NCBI GenBank assembly: GCA_000708835.1
Contig: DF237188.1
Location: forward strand, 62,001-126,000
DNA length: 64,000 nucleotides
Direction of reading: 5' to 3'
Source: Klebsormidium nitens
Taxonomy: Eukaryota > Plantae > Klebsormidiophyceae
Positions 23,113-37,200 of the stretch are shown piece by piece. Numbering within the stretch: position 1 is the stretch's first letter; each line of letters begins with the position of its first letter. Below the pieces are notes generated by a model, which worked only from the letters and a program-made list of their open reading frames with translations, ran no database searches and was not told the origin of the DNA. The position numbers were made by a program, and so were the translations under genes.

Positions 23113-25723
23113 ATGGCGGCAACTGGCGTTTTGCGGGCCCCTGGTCTCCTCCCCTGCGGTTACCAACTATCTGAGGGCTGCCATTATGGTGGCCCTGTCC
23201 AGTCTAGCATCCCCATTCCTTGCATTCCCCAGTTCAGCACTGAAGCACCTCTCCGTGCTCCAACGGGCGTGTCCCCTGCATCCTATCCTCGCAGACTTCA
23301 TTCCCCATTGAAGCGCGTCTCTCGGAAGCAACTACGGCATGTGTGCAAGGCCTCCTTGGTCGTGACTGCTGAAAAGTCTGCAGACATCATACAGTTGCAG
23401 CGTATTACAGAAACTGTTCCGGAGGTGGCCCTAAAGTCCGTGCGAGCGTTCGGGCCTGCGACTGTGGCAAACCTGGGGCCGGGCTTTGATTACCTGGGGT
23501 GTGCGCTCGACGGACTGGGGGACTACGTAACAGCGGAGGTGAGCAGAACTTGTCAGACATACTGGTCCATAGGGTGGATGCTGCGCATGAGATGTCGCGT
23601 CAGCATACTCCTTGAGTGACCTTGCCGTCAATTGCTCTCAGCATTTCTAGGAAGAGGAAGGATGAGGAGATTGTTTGGAGATGGAGGTTGCCAATAAGAA
23701 GCGCAACCTATTCAGATGGCAAATGATGTTTCATCATGTTCGTGACAGCTCCATCATTGTGGTGGGGGCCGTATGTGGAGGAAGTTTGCCAGGACTTGAC
23801 CGGGTGCAATGTGTGCAGGTGCGGGACGAGCTCGAAGGGGGTGCAATTGTCATCAACTCAATAACCGGCGACGGTGGCCGGCTGAGCCTAGAAGCCAACG
23901 ACAACTGCGCAGGAATAGCCGCGAAAGCCACCCTTCAGCTTCTAGGCGTTACGGACGTCGGCATCGCATTGACACTCGAAAAGGGTCTTCCTCTGGGGAG
24001 CGGCTTGGGCTCAAGTGCGGCGTCAGCCGCTGCCGCCGCGTGGGCCGTGAACGCGCTCTTTGGGGGGGTGCTGACTCGGGCCCAACTAGTGGAGGCGGGG
24101 CTGGTGTCGGAGGCGACCGTGAGCGGGTACCATGCGGACAACATCGCACCGGCGATCATGGGCGGCTTTGTGCTTGTCAGGAGTTACAACCCGCTGCAGC
24201 TGATCCCTCTGCAAGTAAGACAGCTGTTTGTGTCGCTTGTCTCAATCTTCCGGAGTAATAGTAGACGGTATCTGTTCCATGACAAAACATGGTTTGAGTA
24301 TACTTTGGCTGCAGACGGTCAATCACGACTCATCTTCGCCATAACGTCTGTGATTGCCACAAGATAGATGCTTCATGCCTTTTGACTTGGATAACCCCTT
24401 AGAGGGTGGCCCTATGGAGGTTGGCAAGACCGTGACGCCTTTCAGAAGCCTGTTCCGGGCTCATACCTTCCATCCTTTCTTCTTCCAGTATCCGGAGGAC
24501 CGCTCGCTCTACTTTGTGGTGGTCACACCCGCGTTTGAGGCGCCTACGCGGGAGATGAGAGCCGTCCTGCCACAAGAGGTGAGTGCCGTTCTTCCCACCT
24601 CGAACCAGACCCATCCTGAATCCTCTACAAACTGCTTTGTGTCTGGGCTTGATGTAGATTGACAACTTCAACATCGCTCAAAGGGGACGGTCTCCACTTC
24701 CTGACTGTCGGCGCTCGTGACGCGAGCAGCACAAGAGGACCACAGCAAATCTAGAGAACAGTCAGTGAACACGCCTCTGCACGCTGAGATTTGTTTCGGA
24801 AATTCGTCCTCATCTTGCTCCTAATCTGCTGTGCGCCCTTCTTCTTCCGCTCTCCTCCAAAGCTCCAAACTGGAAGATGAAAGCCCGCGCAGAACGGGCT
24901 TAGCTACCCTCTGCAGGTGACTCTGAAGAAGCACATCGCAAACTGTAGTCAAGGGGCGGCCCTGGTTGCGGCCATTCTGACGGGGCAAGCGGATCTCTTG
25001 GGGTCGGCCCTTTGTGAGTATGCTCCGCTCTTTGTCAGATCGTGATTCTGCGAAAATCAAGAGGACGCAGAAGAATCTTCGTTAGGCTGACTCATGCATT
25101 ACACCTCCTGCGTTCTTTGTCCCTCGTCTTGTCGAAAATAAGCGAAGGCTAGTGCGGGTCAAGCGTTGACATATTGCTCAGAGATTCTGTACCTCTGCCT
25201 TTCTGACCCCGCGGAATCTATCAGCGCTGTCCCGTGAGAGTTTTTTTGTCGCATCGTGCAGAAAGAAGTCATTAATTCGATCCTCATTTCGTGTTTCCAC
25301 CCCCCAGCTTCCGATACCATTGTTGAGCCCCGGCGAGGACCTCTCATCCCGGGCCTGGCAGCGGTCAAAGTCAGCGCCATGGCGGCAGGAGCGTTTGGGT
25401 GCACCATCAGGTAAGCCATGTCGCTCGTCATTTTCCCGTAACACAATTTCACCCAGACGTTCTGGTGTTTTTACGTCGGCTGCTTGCTTTCTTGGCTGGA
25501 AAACCGGTTGCAGAAGGACGTTACCCGCCGCTTGCAACTAAGATGATGCTTTCTGTTTGCTTGTTGCAGTGGGGCTGGTCCGACGGCCGTTGCAATTACG
25601 GATTCGGAAGAAAAGGGGAAGCAGATTGGGGAGGCGATGCAGGCTGCTTTTGCGGAGAATGGCCGTTTAAAGTCAACAGCGGCCGTCTTGAGCTTAAACA
25701 GGGAGGGAGCCCAAGTCGTCTGA
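23113..25723 (+). CDS. HSK: Homoserine kinase (GHMP kinase family) with a plastid-transit-like N-terminus
   Basis: Motifs FGPATVANLGPGFDYLGCA, NCAGIAA, GHMP motif PLGSGLGSSAASAAAAA, SGYHADNIAPAIMGGFVL, PTREMRAVLP, EPRRGPLIPG, AGAFGCTISGAGPT. Stop TGA at 25721-25723. Confidence 0.97.
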
Positions 25724-26077
25724 TGTCCGATCGCTTCTTAGAGGGAGATGACAACATAGCCTGTGTTTGTGAGTTGTAGCCTATCCCGTTATTATGCAAG
25801 TGATCATCAAATAATGATCATCATGTAATGCGCGACGTTCTTCCAGCTATACTGCCATTGCTATTGAACTTTTGTGACAATCCTTGCACATTGCTCACTC
25901 TGCATGTCGGCGAGCCGCCTCGGTTCATTTTTTCCTCGATGACACACGAGCAGGGCAATTCCCATGCAGATTCGTGACACAGATGCAGAATTCATGAGAG
26001 CAAAGCCGCATATGTCGGATCATATCGAATAATTGGGAAGATTGCAAGTTTGCATGTAAGGTCAATTGAACTGTGAG

Positions 26078-26433
26078 AACCCGTGGAAAAAGAACGTGGA
26101 CTCCAGTTTTCGTTTGTGACCCCCACACCTTTTGGTACCCCTATGCGCGAGCAGCTGAAGGCTCCGGACTGGCACGTGTAACCTAGGGGTTATTCAATGG
26201 TAACGTAACCTCGACTGCACTTGATGTCGACCGACCGATTGAACTCTCACCGAGGGTTCCATTTCAGTATGCCGCATGGTATCGATGTGCAGTTTCGGCC
26301 TCCCGGATGTAGAGACAAGCGACCGGGTGATTTCGCGCAGTAACCAATCTACTGAGACGCACGCGCAGGGGGTACCAACCATTGTGGGGGTCCAGAATGG
26401 AAAACTGGAGTCCACGTTCTCCTTCCACGGGTT
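26078..26433. mobile_element. MITE-like non-autonomous DNA transposon with ~75-bp imperfect TIRs and a 7-8 bp TSD
   Basis: The left arm starts AACCCGTGGAAAAAGAACGTGGACTCCAGTTTTC..GACCCCCACA..TTGGTACCCC and matches the reverse complement of ~26358-26433. A direct repeat CTGTGAG(A) flanks it at 26071 and 26434. Confidence 0.8.
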
Positions 26434-26824
26434 CTGTGAGATCGTTGAGCGTTGTAGAGGCGCATGACTGCTACACGACAGCCTGGCACATGTACGGCAC
26501 CATATACAGGGGCCGGCCCAGCGGATCATATGAAACATTGCTGAAAATCTTGCCACTAACACCGAATTTCCAATGGACTCAATCAACCCAAATGAAATTT
26601 TGCTGCCTTGTGAAAGGACGTACTTCAATTCTCGATAATAAGACGTAGTTCTCACCTGAAAGGCGCGATCTGCAAGATTGCAACTAATCTGCATGGCCAG
26701 CAGGATCTGCTCTTTACCATATCGCAAAACCGTTCTTATATTCGCAACACTGCAAGTTGTACAACAAGCTGCTTCAATTTGCCGGCGGCTATGTAGCGCT
26801 CAAACCACCGCCCCCTCGCTCGCA

Positions 26825-29800
26825 CTACAAAAAGAGCGTCCCTATGTAGTCCTGGAACCGCTGCGAGTACGTCCTGGGGTCCACCGCAGACATGGCCTGG
26901 CTGTCCCCGAACTTGAGGCTCTTGTACGTGTGCTCAACGCGCTTCGACACGTCCCACTCCTGCAGTATGTCAATGATCCCAAAGTAAAGCACCACGTCGC
27001 GCGCCCCGCCCTGCGACGCCGCAGAGTCTTGGCGCTCGTTTTTGGGCAGCGCGGTGGCCGCCATGTTGACGCCCAGCTGCACGCGTGAGCGACCGAAGCT
27101 GTACGCGAGCGCGTCCGTCCCGCCGCGGCTGCCCAGCACGGGCCGCAGCGTATCGGTGCGGTCGGGCGCCATGGCCGCGATCTACAAGGACGAAATGCGC
27201 GGTCAGGATGATGCAGTCTTTCCTCTCCATCGCGTGGATTAGTGCGGCTGGTTAGTCTCGATCATCACCGTCAGCTTCTCCGCACCACTTCTGCATCTGG
27301 CACGCCCACACCTCTTTCCCGCATACTCGATCAGCAAGCAGCCAAATACTGTAAAGACAGAGATCAACTGCCGCTGCCAAGGTAACCGTGTCTCCTCAGC
27401 TTCTAGTCGTCCAGATCAACTGATTCCAACGCTTTTGCGAATGTTCATACAGAGAAGCAACCGAACAAATACGAGCAAAGTTCCGAACAGTGCACTCATG
27501 CACTCCCATCCCTTGCTAAACCCCACTCACCACGTGCCCGTTCATCCCGTACGGCAGCCGCGGCGCCGCACCCCGGGTCCCTAGCCTGGTGAACGCACCC
27601 CCCCGCTGCGTCAACGTGGACACCTCCTCCTCGCCATCGTCGACCGTGACGGCACTGAATGTCGACACCCCACCCGCGCTCTCCTCGGTGAGGGTGGACA
27701 ACTGCGACTCGTGCTTGATGTCGCGGTAATGCACCTGTGACGCCGAGGTCAAGGCAAGATGAGTGTCCTGCTTTTTATCGGAACCGGGTGTTACACTGCC
27801 AATGAAGTGCCGGTCTGGAAAAACGTCCTTGTGAAGTTATATCGTTACAAGAGGTACTCGGTGAGCGCCGAACCTGTCAACCGTTTATGCAGCAGCGAGT
27901 TCACCGACTCAAAGCGGTGAGCGGCTCGAGTTTGCACCATGCTGACCCACCTCAATTGCGGTGTAACAGAAACACATAAGCCTCAGAACATGGAACTGAT
28001 GTTGATCGCCCCATCTCTGAAGCCGGCCTCACCCCGAGCAGCAGCGAGTAGTCCATGATGTGCAGCTTCTGCAGAAAGTCGCAGTCCTGCGCCAGCTGAC
28101 GGGCCAGCCGCTCCCGCCAGCCCTCCTCCAGCTTGAATGCCATGTCCAGGTCCAGGTCCTTGAGCGTCGTGGCCGCGTCGCGCGCGGCGGGGTCGGTGGC
28201 GCGGCCGTGCGAGGAGCCCTTGAGGTCGAAGCGCGCGTCGATGCGCAGGTCCGTGTGGAACATGTTGCCCATCACCATGAACCGCACCTGCGACAACAGG
28301 GAGGACACCAGAGCCTGGATCAGCACAGCTTTCATAGCCTTTCGCTGATCGCCCCAAAAAACAATTGAGTTGACAAACTTTGTCAATTTGAGTATCCCCG
28401 CACAGCCTTCTCTGGTAACCAGAGGGAAACTTGAATCGACATTCTTGTCGACTTGGGTGCGAGGAGGAGGGACCACATCTCATAGAGCCAGACAGGGAGG
28501 ATAGCAAACGTGCGCAGGAAAAGAAAAGGAAAGGATCCAATCAGGGACAGAGGCCAGACGCAACTGAGAGCGACATCCACGCAATCTCTGGTCGATTTAT
28601 TGGTGCACGTTCGAGTGCTTCCTTCAACATGAATCGATGCCCCCTAGACACCCTGCACTCCGCTGCGGAAGCGACGCGCGCACCTTCCTGCCGTGCGCGG
28701 GCTTGATGCGGTGGAGTCCAAAGAACTTGGTGAGCAGCGTGTTGTCGTGCGTGCGCACGTGCTGGTAGTAGGCGGGCAGCATGTTGAGCAGCACGTGCAT
28801 CTCCGTCTTGCGCATGGTCTTGATGAGGAAGCGGTCGTCGTGCGACAGGTAGAACACGGAGCCGGACTTGCCGGGCGACGACAGCTCGCGCAGCGCGTCG
28901 CTGCCGGTCAGCGACATCATATAGTCCGCCGCGTCCGTGCCAAACAGGTCGCGCAGGTGCCTGCACCCATAGAGCGGCCGTGCGCGATCAAAAAGGTGGC
29001 AAGTACGAGTGGAAGTATAATCCGACCGTTTTGTGGTGTGCGCATTTACCTCTGTCAGCAGGATACTTCCGACAGCCCGCGATGTGGAGTTGATCAGCAA
29101 AAGAGCAGAGGAGAGCCGATGAGCAGGTTCCTCGTAGTTCTCAAACATCGAAGGTTGGGAACGTTGAAGCCCACACCATCTGGCTCTCATGTGCTTGTTG
29201 TTCTCGGCCGGCACCGTTTCCGTCAGGGCGTCTCCAGCCAGCCAGTCAGCCGCCAGCTGACATATCCACGGCAGGCGTCAAATTTGACAGAAATGATGCC
29301 AGAATTCTACATGTGGCATGGCCCAAAGCCGAATCCGTACGAACAAACGGAACATCCCGCTTGACTGCGGATCTCAATGACAAACCTCGCCTGTTCGTCT
29401 GCAAGCACTTGGAGAATATCCAACAGCACTAGTGTGAGGATGCCACGGCAAGCGCCTTGAGCGATGTCTTCCGGGTAGCATGTTTCCAAGAGTAAAGCTT
29501 TGCTACCTGAAGACCATGGGGCAGTAGTCCTTCCACTTGAAGTCGTGCGAGCGGTGCGGCGGGGTGGTGCTGGAGCCGTTGGGCGGGAAGCGCTGGCTCA
29601 TCTGCGCCTTGAAGTCGGACGGCCGGATCTCGCGGAACTTCTCGGGCGTGATCTTGCCCACCGTGTACCTGCAAAGTAGTTTCGAGGCTGAGGCGAGGGA
29701 AACGGGAACGTCAGCGGGTAGGCGCATTTGGAGTAGTCAACAAAGCGGAAAAGGCGACCCGAATAAGCTCCCTGGTGTCTCTGTCGCATGGGAACACTCT

Positions 29801-32496
29801 ATACGAAAAATTCAAGGAGCAGAGCTTTGAACATCACCCTGCCCAAATAATCACCAGTCAACGACTTGATCACGAACCAGGCAGGCCGAATCAAGCACCC
29901 CAGCAGGAGGGAAGGACCTATTACAACGCCACCGGTTGGTGTAACCTTCAAGAAACAGCATCTGTCGGGTTCAGTCTCGAGGGCGCGCCTCACCGGATGC
30001 CCGTCTGCAGGTTGAGCATGAGGTCGTAGCTGCGGTGGCCCTTGAAGATGGTCTCCCCCGGCCGCTTCACCTCGCGCGTCCCGCGCCGCGAGTGCCGCTT
30101 CACGCGCTCGCCGCGCGGCTCCGCCTCCGGCATGGCCTGCTCCTCCTCCGACACCAGCTTCCCCTCCACGTACTCTCGCACAACCACGCGCCGCACGCCC
30201 CCCTCGCCCCTCCCCCCGCCAAAGTTGCGCGCCAGCGTCATGTCGACAGACTGCCGCGCAGCGGCCCCCGCGTGCATGCCCGACAGCCGCCGGTTCGCCG
30301 AGTCCTCTTCGGGCGTCGCGTGGCCGCTGCCGTTCTCGATAGTGGTCCCGTTCTGCACCCCGCTGCTGCTGCCAGAGGACTGCCCGAACAGGTCTCGCGC
30401 CAGGCCGTCGCCCGGACGGGGCACCGGCGGGCGCTGCGAGGCGAGGCGGCTGCGTGGGACCAACGGCGAGTAGACGGGCGTGCTGGCGCCGCTCTGAGAG
30501 TCACCAAAGCTGGACTCGCTCAGAGTCGTGTCGGAGTCGTATGTCAGCCCCAGGGCTGAGTTGCGGCTGCCAAAGGGGCTCGCCGCTGTTAAAAAGCGGC
30601 CGTCCTCTGGGAGGGGTTCGGAGCCTTCCCGTGGGAAGCTGAAGGAGTTCCCGTCTGCGGAGATGCTGCGGCGGTGGCTGGCCGGTGGGGGGCTCGAGAT
30701 GATCGTCTTGTCTCCAGGCGGGGGAGCCTCAGGGATGCCCGCAGGGTGCGACGCCTCGCTGACGCCAACCAGTGGCGTTCTGGCGGCATTCCAGTCCGAG
30801 AAGCTGGTCACCTTCGCACTCCGCAACTTGGGCGCGTTGCCCTCGGCCTCCCCATCCTGGCCCGGGCTATCCTCAGGGAGACTGCTACCTGCCGCCTTTG
30901 TCGCAGCCTCGTCTGAAGCCTGGCTTTCATTAGCGCCTGTCCGCGCCTGTTCCTCTCCACTCTCAATGGAATCTCCCTTCCCTTCGTCCATTCCGTTCCC
31001 CGCAGCCTGCTGCTCATGGCTGCTTGCCCCTCCGTCCTCACTCTCTGCTTGCCCGCCCGCCCCAAAGTCCCCGCTGCTTGTGGGCGTTTCCTCCGGGACC
31101 CTGGGTGGCATCAGATCCTTCCTGCTGCCCTTTCTGCTGCGCAGCGCTCCAGGGGGGTAGTACACTCCCCGCCCATGGCGCAGCCCGTTGAGCCAGCTCC
31201 CCTCAAACACCGCCCCGTCCGCCCAGGTGAACACGCCCTTGCCGTTCTCGCGCCCCCCCGCCCACTCCCCGTCGTAGCGGTCACGGTTGGCCCACACAAA
31301 GATGCCGCGCCCGTCCATCTTGCCCCCCCGCCAGTTGCCGCTGTACGAATTCCCGTTGGCCCAGATGTACCGCCCCGGGCCCTCGAACGCGCCGTTCTGC
31401 CAGAGCCCGTCGTACACGTCTCCGTTCGCATACTTCTTCTTGCCCAGCCCGTGCTTCTGGTTCAAGTGCCAGCTGCCGCGATACGACTCCCCGTTGGGGC
31501 TCCGGTACGTCCCCCACCCCTCCATGACCCCCCCCATCCAGTCGCCCTCGTATACAGCCTGACTGGGCCATTGGAACATGCCTTTCCCGTGCTTCTTCCC
31601 AGCGGACCAGTCCCCATCATACGAGCTGCCTTCGCGCCACATGTACCGGCCCTTGCCATGTGGCACGCCCGCAGCCACATCCCCTGTATACGAGTCTCCG
31701 TTGGGGAACTGCTTGCTCACGACGGTGGTGCGCACGCTGCCCCAGCTGCTGGTGCGTGAGTGGCCGCGCTCCCTGCACGAATAAATGCAGCATATGCCTC
31801 AGCGGCCGATTCCTGCTATAAAAACATTTTGAGGGACAGCCAAGGCCCTCTGAGCCCACCTAAGGGCAACTCTTGTGAAACTGGGGGCCCAGTGTCGATT
31901 GATCAGGGTTGAACTTTGCTTAGAACAAGTCTGCCAAAGCTCCTCAAAGGGGGTGATTGCTTTCCAGATAGCTTGCCCTGATGTCCCTCACATTCACTTG
32001 CCACATCTGACGAAAGTAGCCAGATATGTAAAAGAAGGCAAACAAAGTTGAGAAACGTGGCATTTCTTATTCCCTAAGAAGTATGTCTTGTAGGAGTCTA
32101 GTAGCCCTGGCCTCAAGCGCAACGCAGGACAATAGAACAATCCCACCAAGATATGAGCAAGTGGACACAACAAAGAGTATTCTTAAGGGAAAGGGTTTGT
32201 TCACGGGCATTGCCAATTGTCTTACATTCCTCCTTATCCTATAACAGGACTCTTCCAGCATGTTCAAGCAGCATGGTTACATGCCGGTGCTTTTCAAGAC
32301 AGTCCTTAAAACGAAAAACCCTTGATTAAAACTCGAAACTTGCCGCTGGTGACATCACTAGTGATTTCTGAACCGTGCAACGGATGCACGCTCACCCATA
32401 GCGGACGATACTGCTTGTTGGGGAGATGGACGGCGACGCCGTCTCCTCCGCCGGCGTTGCGGGGGGGTCATCGTCAGTGGGCTGGACCCCCGACAT
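26825..32496 (-). CDS. PIP5K: Phosphatidylinositol-4-phosphate 5-kinase with 8 MORN repeats (plant subfamily B); about 7 exons
   Basis: The probable ATG at 32496 ([10 protein letters not shown]) splices in phase 2 into the large exon. There are 8 MORN repeats (YxGxWxxGxxxGxG). Kinase motifs: [99 protein letters not shown]. Confidence 0.97.
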
Positions 32497-33187
32497 ACAG
32501 AACGTGCGTGGAGTGGACGACCCCGTCTCGCTGGCACGTGCCGCAACCCTTTACAACCTTGCACCCATGATGTCCATCTGAGGCACTTTCAATCAGGAAA
32601 GATGCACTGGGCGGAGCTGCAACCGCGTCAGAATCAACGCACGAGGGTTTTTGCGACGAGCGGTCTATTGTCGGACCACCAAAAGTAGATCTGCCACAGA
32701 AGGAGCAGCCCTGTTTCAAGGAAATGTGTGATGAGAGTCTCTAGCTGAAAGCAGACCCTGCGGAGCAAGCGCTGCAGATTGGCCCAGCACAATGTATCAA
32801 CCACTATGGCAAAACAGCTTCCAGAGGTTTATGAAGAGCGTTATTTTGTGAAAGGCAGGCTTCTATGTAAGCTTCAGACCGTTGGAGCATCGATTGCACT
32901 TCACATTGATTCTTGGTTTCAAGAAGAAGCTCTCGACCAAGAAGCTTGATCAAGCATTCCGGGGGTTGATCAGAGGGAAGTATCTCAAAGAATCTCAAGC
33001 TTCCCCAAATTCTGATCAGATAACTTGGCTCGCAGAAGGTCTCTTTGCAATTGCTCTTGTCAGGTTTTGCACGCCTCTCTTGCTCAAAGCCTGCTTGCAG
33101 GAACCAACTTGTAAACCATTTTGCTCAAGAGATTGCAGCATGGGCAAGAGGCGTCCTTGAATGTCCAACTTGAAGTTAAACGTACCC

Positions 33188-33289
33188 ACTCGGAATGAGT
33201 CGGAGGAGGGACTCGGACTCAAGAGTCGAGTCGGAGTCGGAGTCGGACTCGAGGTCCGAGGATACGGTTGGGAAAATTAATTCCGACTC
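33188..33289. repeat. GAGTCG/CGACTC hexamer cluster (tandem and inverted) between the divergent PIP5K and maspardin genes
   Basis: GAGTCGG at 33197, GACTCGGACTC at 33210, GAGTCGAGTCGGAGTCGGAGTCGGACTCGAG at 33223-33253 and CCGACTC at 33283. Confidence 0.75.
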
Positions 33290-34245
33290 AAATTTTTGGG
33301 TCATTCACAGATTTGGCCTGGGTTTGCAGCTTGCTAGCCCGGAAACTATGTACCAGTCACCTTTCGGCTGAGATTCAACTGTACGTGCTGCTCGGAAAAG
33401 CCTACCGGGTTCCGGAGTTGGCAGCCTGGAGGTCAGGTTAAGAGCGGTTAAGTGCACAATTGTTGTTGAGAGACCAGTGAAACCACCAGGCTTGCCAATG
33501 CTGTGCAGAGTCCGCGTGTGCCCCGCAGACTCGCGCGCAGGAGAGGAGCAGCTCCAGCCTCAGGCTCCACCACGGTGACCACCACTGCCAGGCTCCAGCT
33601 GGGCCAGCATGCGGGAGCGCGGCCTCTTGACTCATGAATCACCGCTGGATGGGAGCAGAAGAGCTATGGATTGTGACTCGTGTAGAGCGGGCACCTGAGT
33701 GCATGATGGTGAGTATCCCTCCATGACTTCTCCATATTCTGCATTTCCAATGCTTGGTGTATTTGATTGGCGAGTAGGTCTACTTGCAGTGGCATGTAAA
33801 TGGCATTTGCAATTGAACAGCTTCCAAAGTCCATTTGCAGTTTGCAATGGTCCATTGATTGGTTAATTTGTTGTACGAGCGATTTGCTGTGCTACTTCAC
33901 ATATCCAACCAACAATGCCAAATCCAAGATAGACAGCAATACAGGGAGGATCTGCCTCATGCCCTGATTGTCTCACGCATTGCCAGCTTCATGTCTCCCT
34001 CAGAACACATTTGAGTGCACAGGCTTGGAGGCCACCTCACAATGTTGTCTTCTGCTTGCCATCTCTCCTGATTGCTAAGAAGCATGGATTTGCAATGAAG
34101 CCTATGTCCTTTGGGCAGCCCCTGGATCTAAGCGTTGCAACATTCAAGGATGCTAGAAGCAATTGAAAGAAACATTGATTCTCATGCAGTGAAGTGATGC
34201 AAGGAAAGCTTTGAAATATCAGGCGCTATTCTGAAGGGGTCCAGC

Positions 34246-37200
34246 ATGGCGTCTCCGGGTGACTATCAACACTTCCGGGGCATAGTCCCGGAAAGAAAGA
34301 TCCAGGTGAGATCCCCATGAAGTGATTGTAGGTCGGAGTTCGATGAAACCTCAAGGGGCTCTAGCTTGCAATCCTATGTCAATATGCAAAACGACGGTGT
34401 GGCATTCTGTGCGGGGCACCTGCCAATGACACCACTCTGAGGTGCCATTCGCCGAAGCGGAGACTTCTCAAAATGTTCAAGACTTGTCTAGCAGCCACCA
34501 CGGGTTCTCCATTTCTGGGGCCACCCTGAGGGCCCACCTACCAGCCACCCGGTGCCCGCACTCTTTGGTGATGTTCTTATAAATGTCTACTTTTGCGCTG
34601 ACCACGGCTAAATGTTTCTGCTGATGCAGGTGGGCATGCATCAGAACAAGCACTTCCGCTACTACGAGTTTGGGCCCAAGCGGCTGGACCCCCTCATCTG
34701 CCTGGGCGGCGCCGCCTCCACTGCAGACTGCTTCTACAAGCAAGTGCTCGCGCTCTCCTCCAAGGTGGGCACGACCACCGCCGTGGCATGGTGGACACAT
34801 CTAGAGAAGTTCCGAGTACTATGTTTCCACATCTTGTGTCTGCCTCATTCACAAGTTTGAGGATTGGGGGATACCACAAAGTGTCCATCGGTCCATGTTT
34901 TCGATGCTCCGGTGGTGTTCTTGACTTTTATGGTCTGAAAGTTAGAAATCTGTTTAGAGGCTTGAAAGTCCATCAGGTGCCGACCAAGCGTTTGGTCTGT
35001 CTGGTTGCCCTTTTGGTGGGTTGTGCTTTGCTAAACCAACCTGCGGGTCAGCGGGCCCCCCGCAAAGTTCCAACTTGCACACTAGCAAAGCGCAAGGTCT
35101 GAGTTACTTCTTCTCAATTGGCGCAGGGCTACCGGATCATGGCCGTTGACGCCCCAGCTTTGTGGACACACGCGGAGTGGATGGCGGCCTTCGACAAGTT
35201 CCTGGACTCCCTCCGCATCAACCAGGTCCGCGCTTTGACCTCACAATAGGGCCCGGTCTCAAAGCTCTGAAGCCCATGTGCGTTGGGTCCACTCTTTGTG
35301 GAGCTTCGTCAAGGGGCCACTTGCAAGCATTCTTACTCGTGACCTCCGGCCTTGGCATTAAAATTCTATCCCAGATGCTTTCCAATGGGATCTTTCCCCA
35401 GCAGATCACGCTTACGTAGGAAGGTTCCGTCAGAGTGCTGCAAAGTTCCTCTGAGACCCTTTTATATTACAAAATGGGCCGCGCTCCCCAGAATCAGGTG
35501 TTTGAGGTTTGCGTTGCAGGTGCATCTGTATGGCACCTCCCTGGGCGGCTTTCTGTGCCAGCTGTACGCTGCATACCGGCCGCGGCGCGTTAGGTCGCTC
35601 GTCCTCTCCAACACCTTTTTGGACACCAAGAACTACCACGAAGAGCTCAGCTGGAGCTCTTTGTAAGTTCCGCCTCCCTTTGTCGACGTTCTCTTTGGCT
35701 GTAAAATGATCAATATTGTACAACGAATCATCTGCCGAAGCCTGAGACTGGGCAGGGGTGCACGTGGGAAGCAAGCGCAGCCGGCTGGTTTGCATCGAGG
35801 ATTACTAATTCATCAGGAATCTCGCTCGATTGCCAATTCTCAGGGTGCAGTAATGGTCGCATCCCTTGTCTTACGCGTTCCTTGAGGGCCCTCCTGCCGC
35901 TAGCCTAGCCTTCGCTCACCCCCGTCTGCCTCTCGTGCCTGTGGGCCAGGTTTCAGTGGACCCCCGAGTTCATGCTGAAGCGCATCATCATGGCCGGCCT
36001 GGGGGAAGGCTACCGAGAAGCACATATTGCAAACTCCATCGACTTCGTCGTCAGTCAGGTGAGAAGGCCCTGCTGGATCCCAGGCTTTTCTGCTTTTATG
36101 CCGATTCCCAAGCCAGGGTTGCAACACAGAGCCAGCGGCAGAGATAGATTTTGGTAAATATGACGCAGTCTGGTACCAGCAATCTGGGCAGTCTGGCTTA
36201 AAGACGCTTTCCAGAGTGAAACGCAACGAGGACCGTCACTGATCCCACAATACGTAGACAGCGAGCTTTTCACTGTAAACAACTGTCTGGAGGCCAGTCC
36301 AAGCGCCTGGAGGCTCGACGTCTGAGAGTGCATAAATTGCTCACACGTTAATCGAGACTACTTGGTAATCTGTGCATGTTTCAAACTTTGTTGCGTGTCC
36401 CGTGCAGTTGGAGACGCTGCACCAGCAGGAGCTAGCGTCGCGCCTCACGCTCATGAGCCAGCTGGGCGCCGTGGGGCACATCCATGTGTCAGATGACGTC
36501 ATCACCATCATGGACGTGAGCACTGCTCAGTAACGATCCCCTGTCTTCATCACAGCCTGACCGAGTACTGCCGGAATGAGCGGGCACCTGACACGCTTGC
36601 CCTAAGGAATTTCGAAATGCTCTTGAGTGTCCTCTTCTTGTTATCGAAGGCGCTGGCAGAAGGGTTTCGGCACTCACTGCACGAGATTTTGCTCTTCTTC
36701 GAAGGATCTCTGCTCGATAGCGCACTCTGTTCCGTGCAAGTGCTGTTTGCTCGGACGTCGATGACTGAGCGGTGCGCGGTGCGCTGACGTGTGCAGACGA
36801 ACGACTACTGCGCAGTGAAGCAGGACGCACGGGATGCACTGTATATACGTTATCCCGGGGCGCGGCGCGCCTTCCTCAAGAGCGGCGGCGACTTCCCCTT
36901 CCTGAGCCGCGCCGACGAGGTCAACCTGCACCTCCAGGTAACTTGCACGGATTGAACAAATGCTCGGAAAAAAAACATCTCGGAAGCGGTGAGGTGGATG
37001 GAGCGATACCCGTCTCTTCAAGCTGCAGCAATATACCCGACAGAACATTGTCTGCCGCGGATCTCATTACTACTACTTGTGAGAAGCCAAGTGAAAAGTC
37101 GAATTGCCTCTGCTAGTCTTTCCCATTCGCTTCACATCATCTTACTTCCAGTGACTGCTGTGTTCATCAACAGCTGCACCTGCGACGCGTTGGAGTCGAG

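Noticed and set aside
30035-31759. Long antisense and alternative-frame ORFs over GC-rich exons (also 45142..46377, 47732..52373, 37492..38142, 16098..18399)
   Set aside because: These are shadow ORFs expected from GC3-rich coding sequence; they carry no recognisable motifs.
33438-33855. Exon-like - strand segments upstream of PIP5K
   Set aside because: The donor and acceptor phases give immediate stops; at most these are 5' UTR exons or uORFs.
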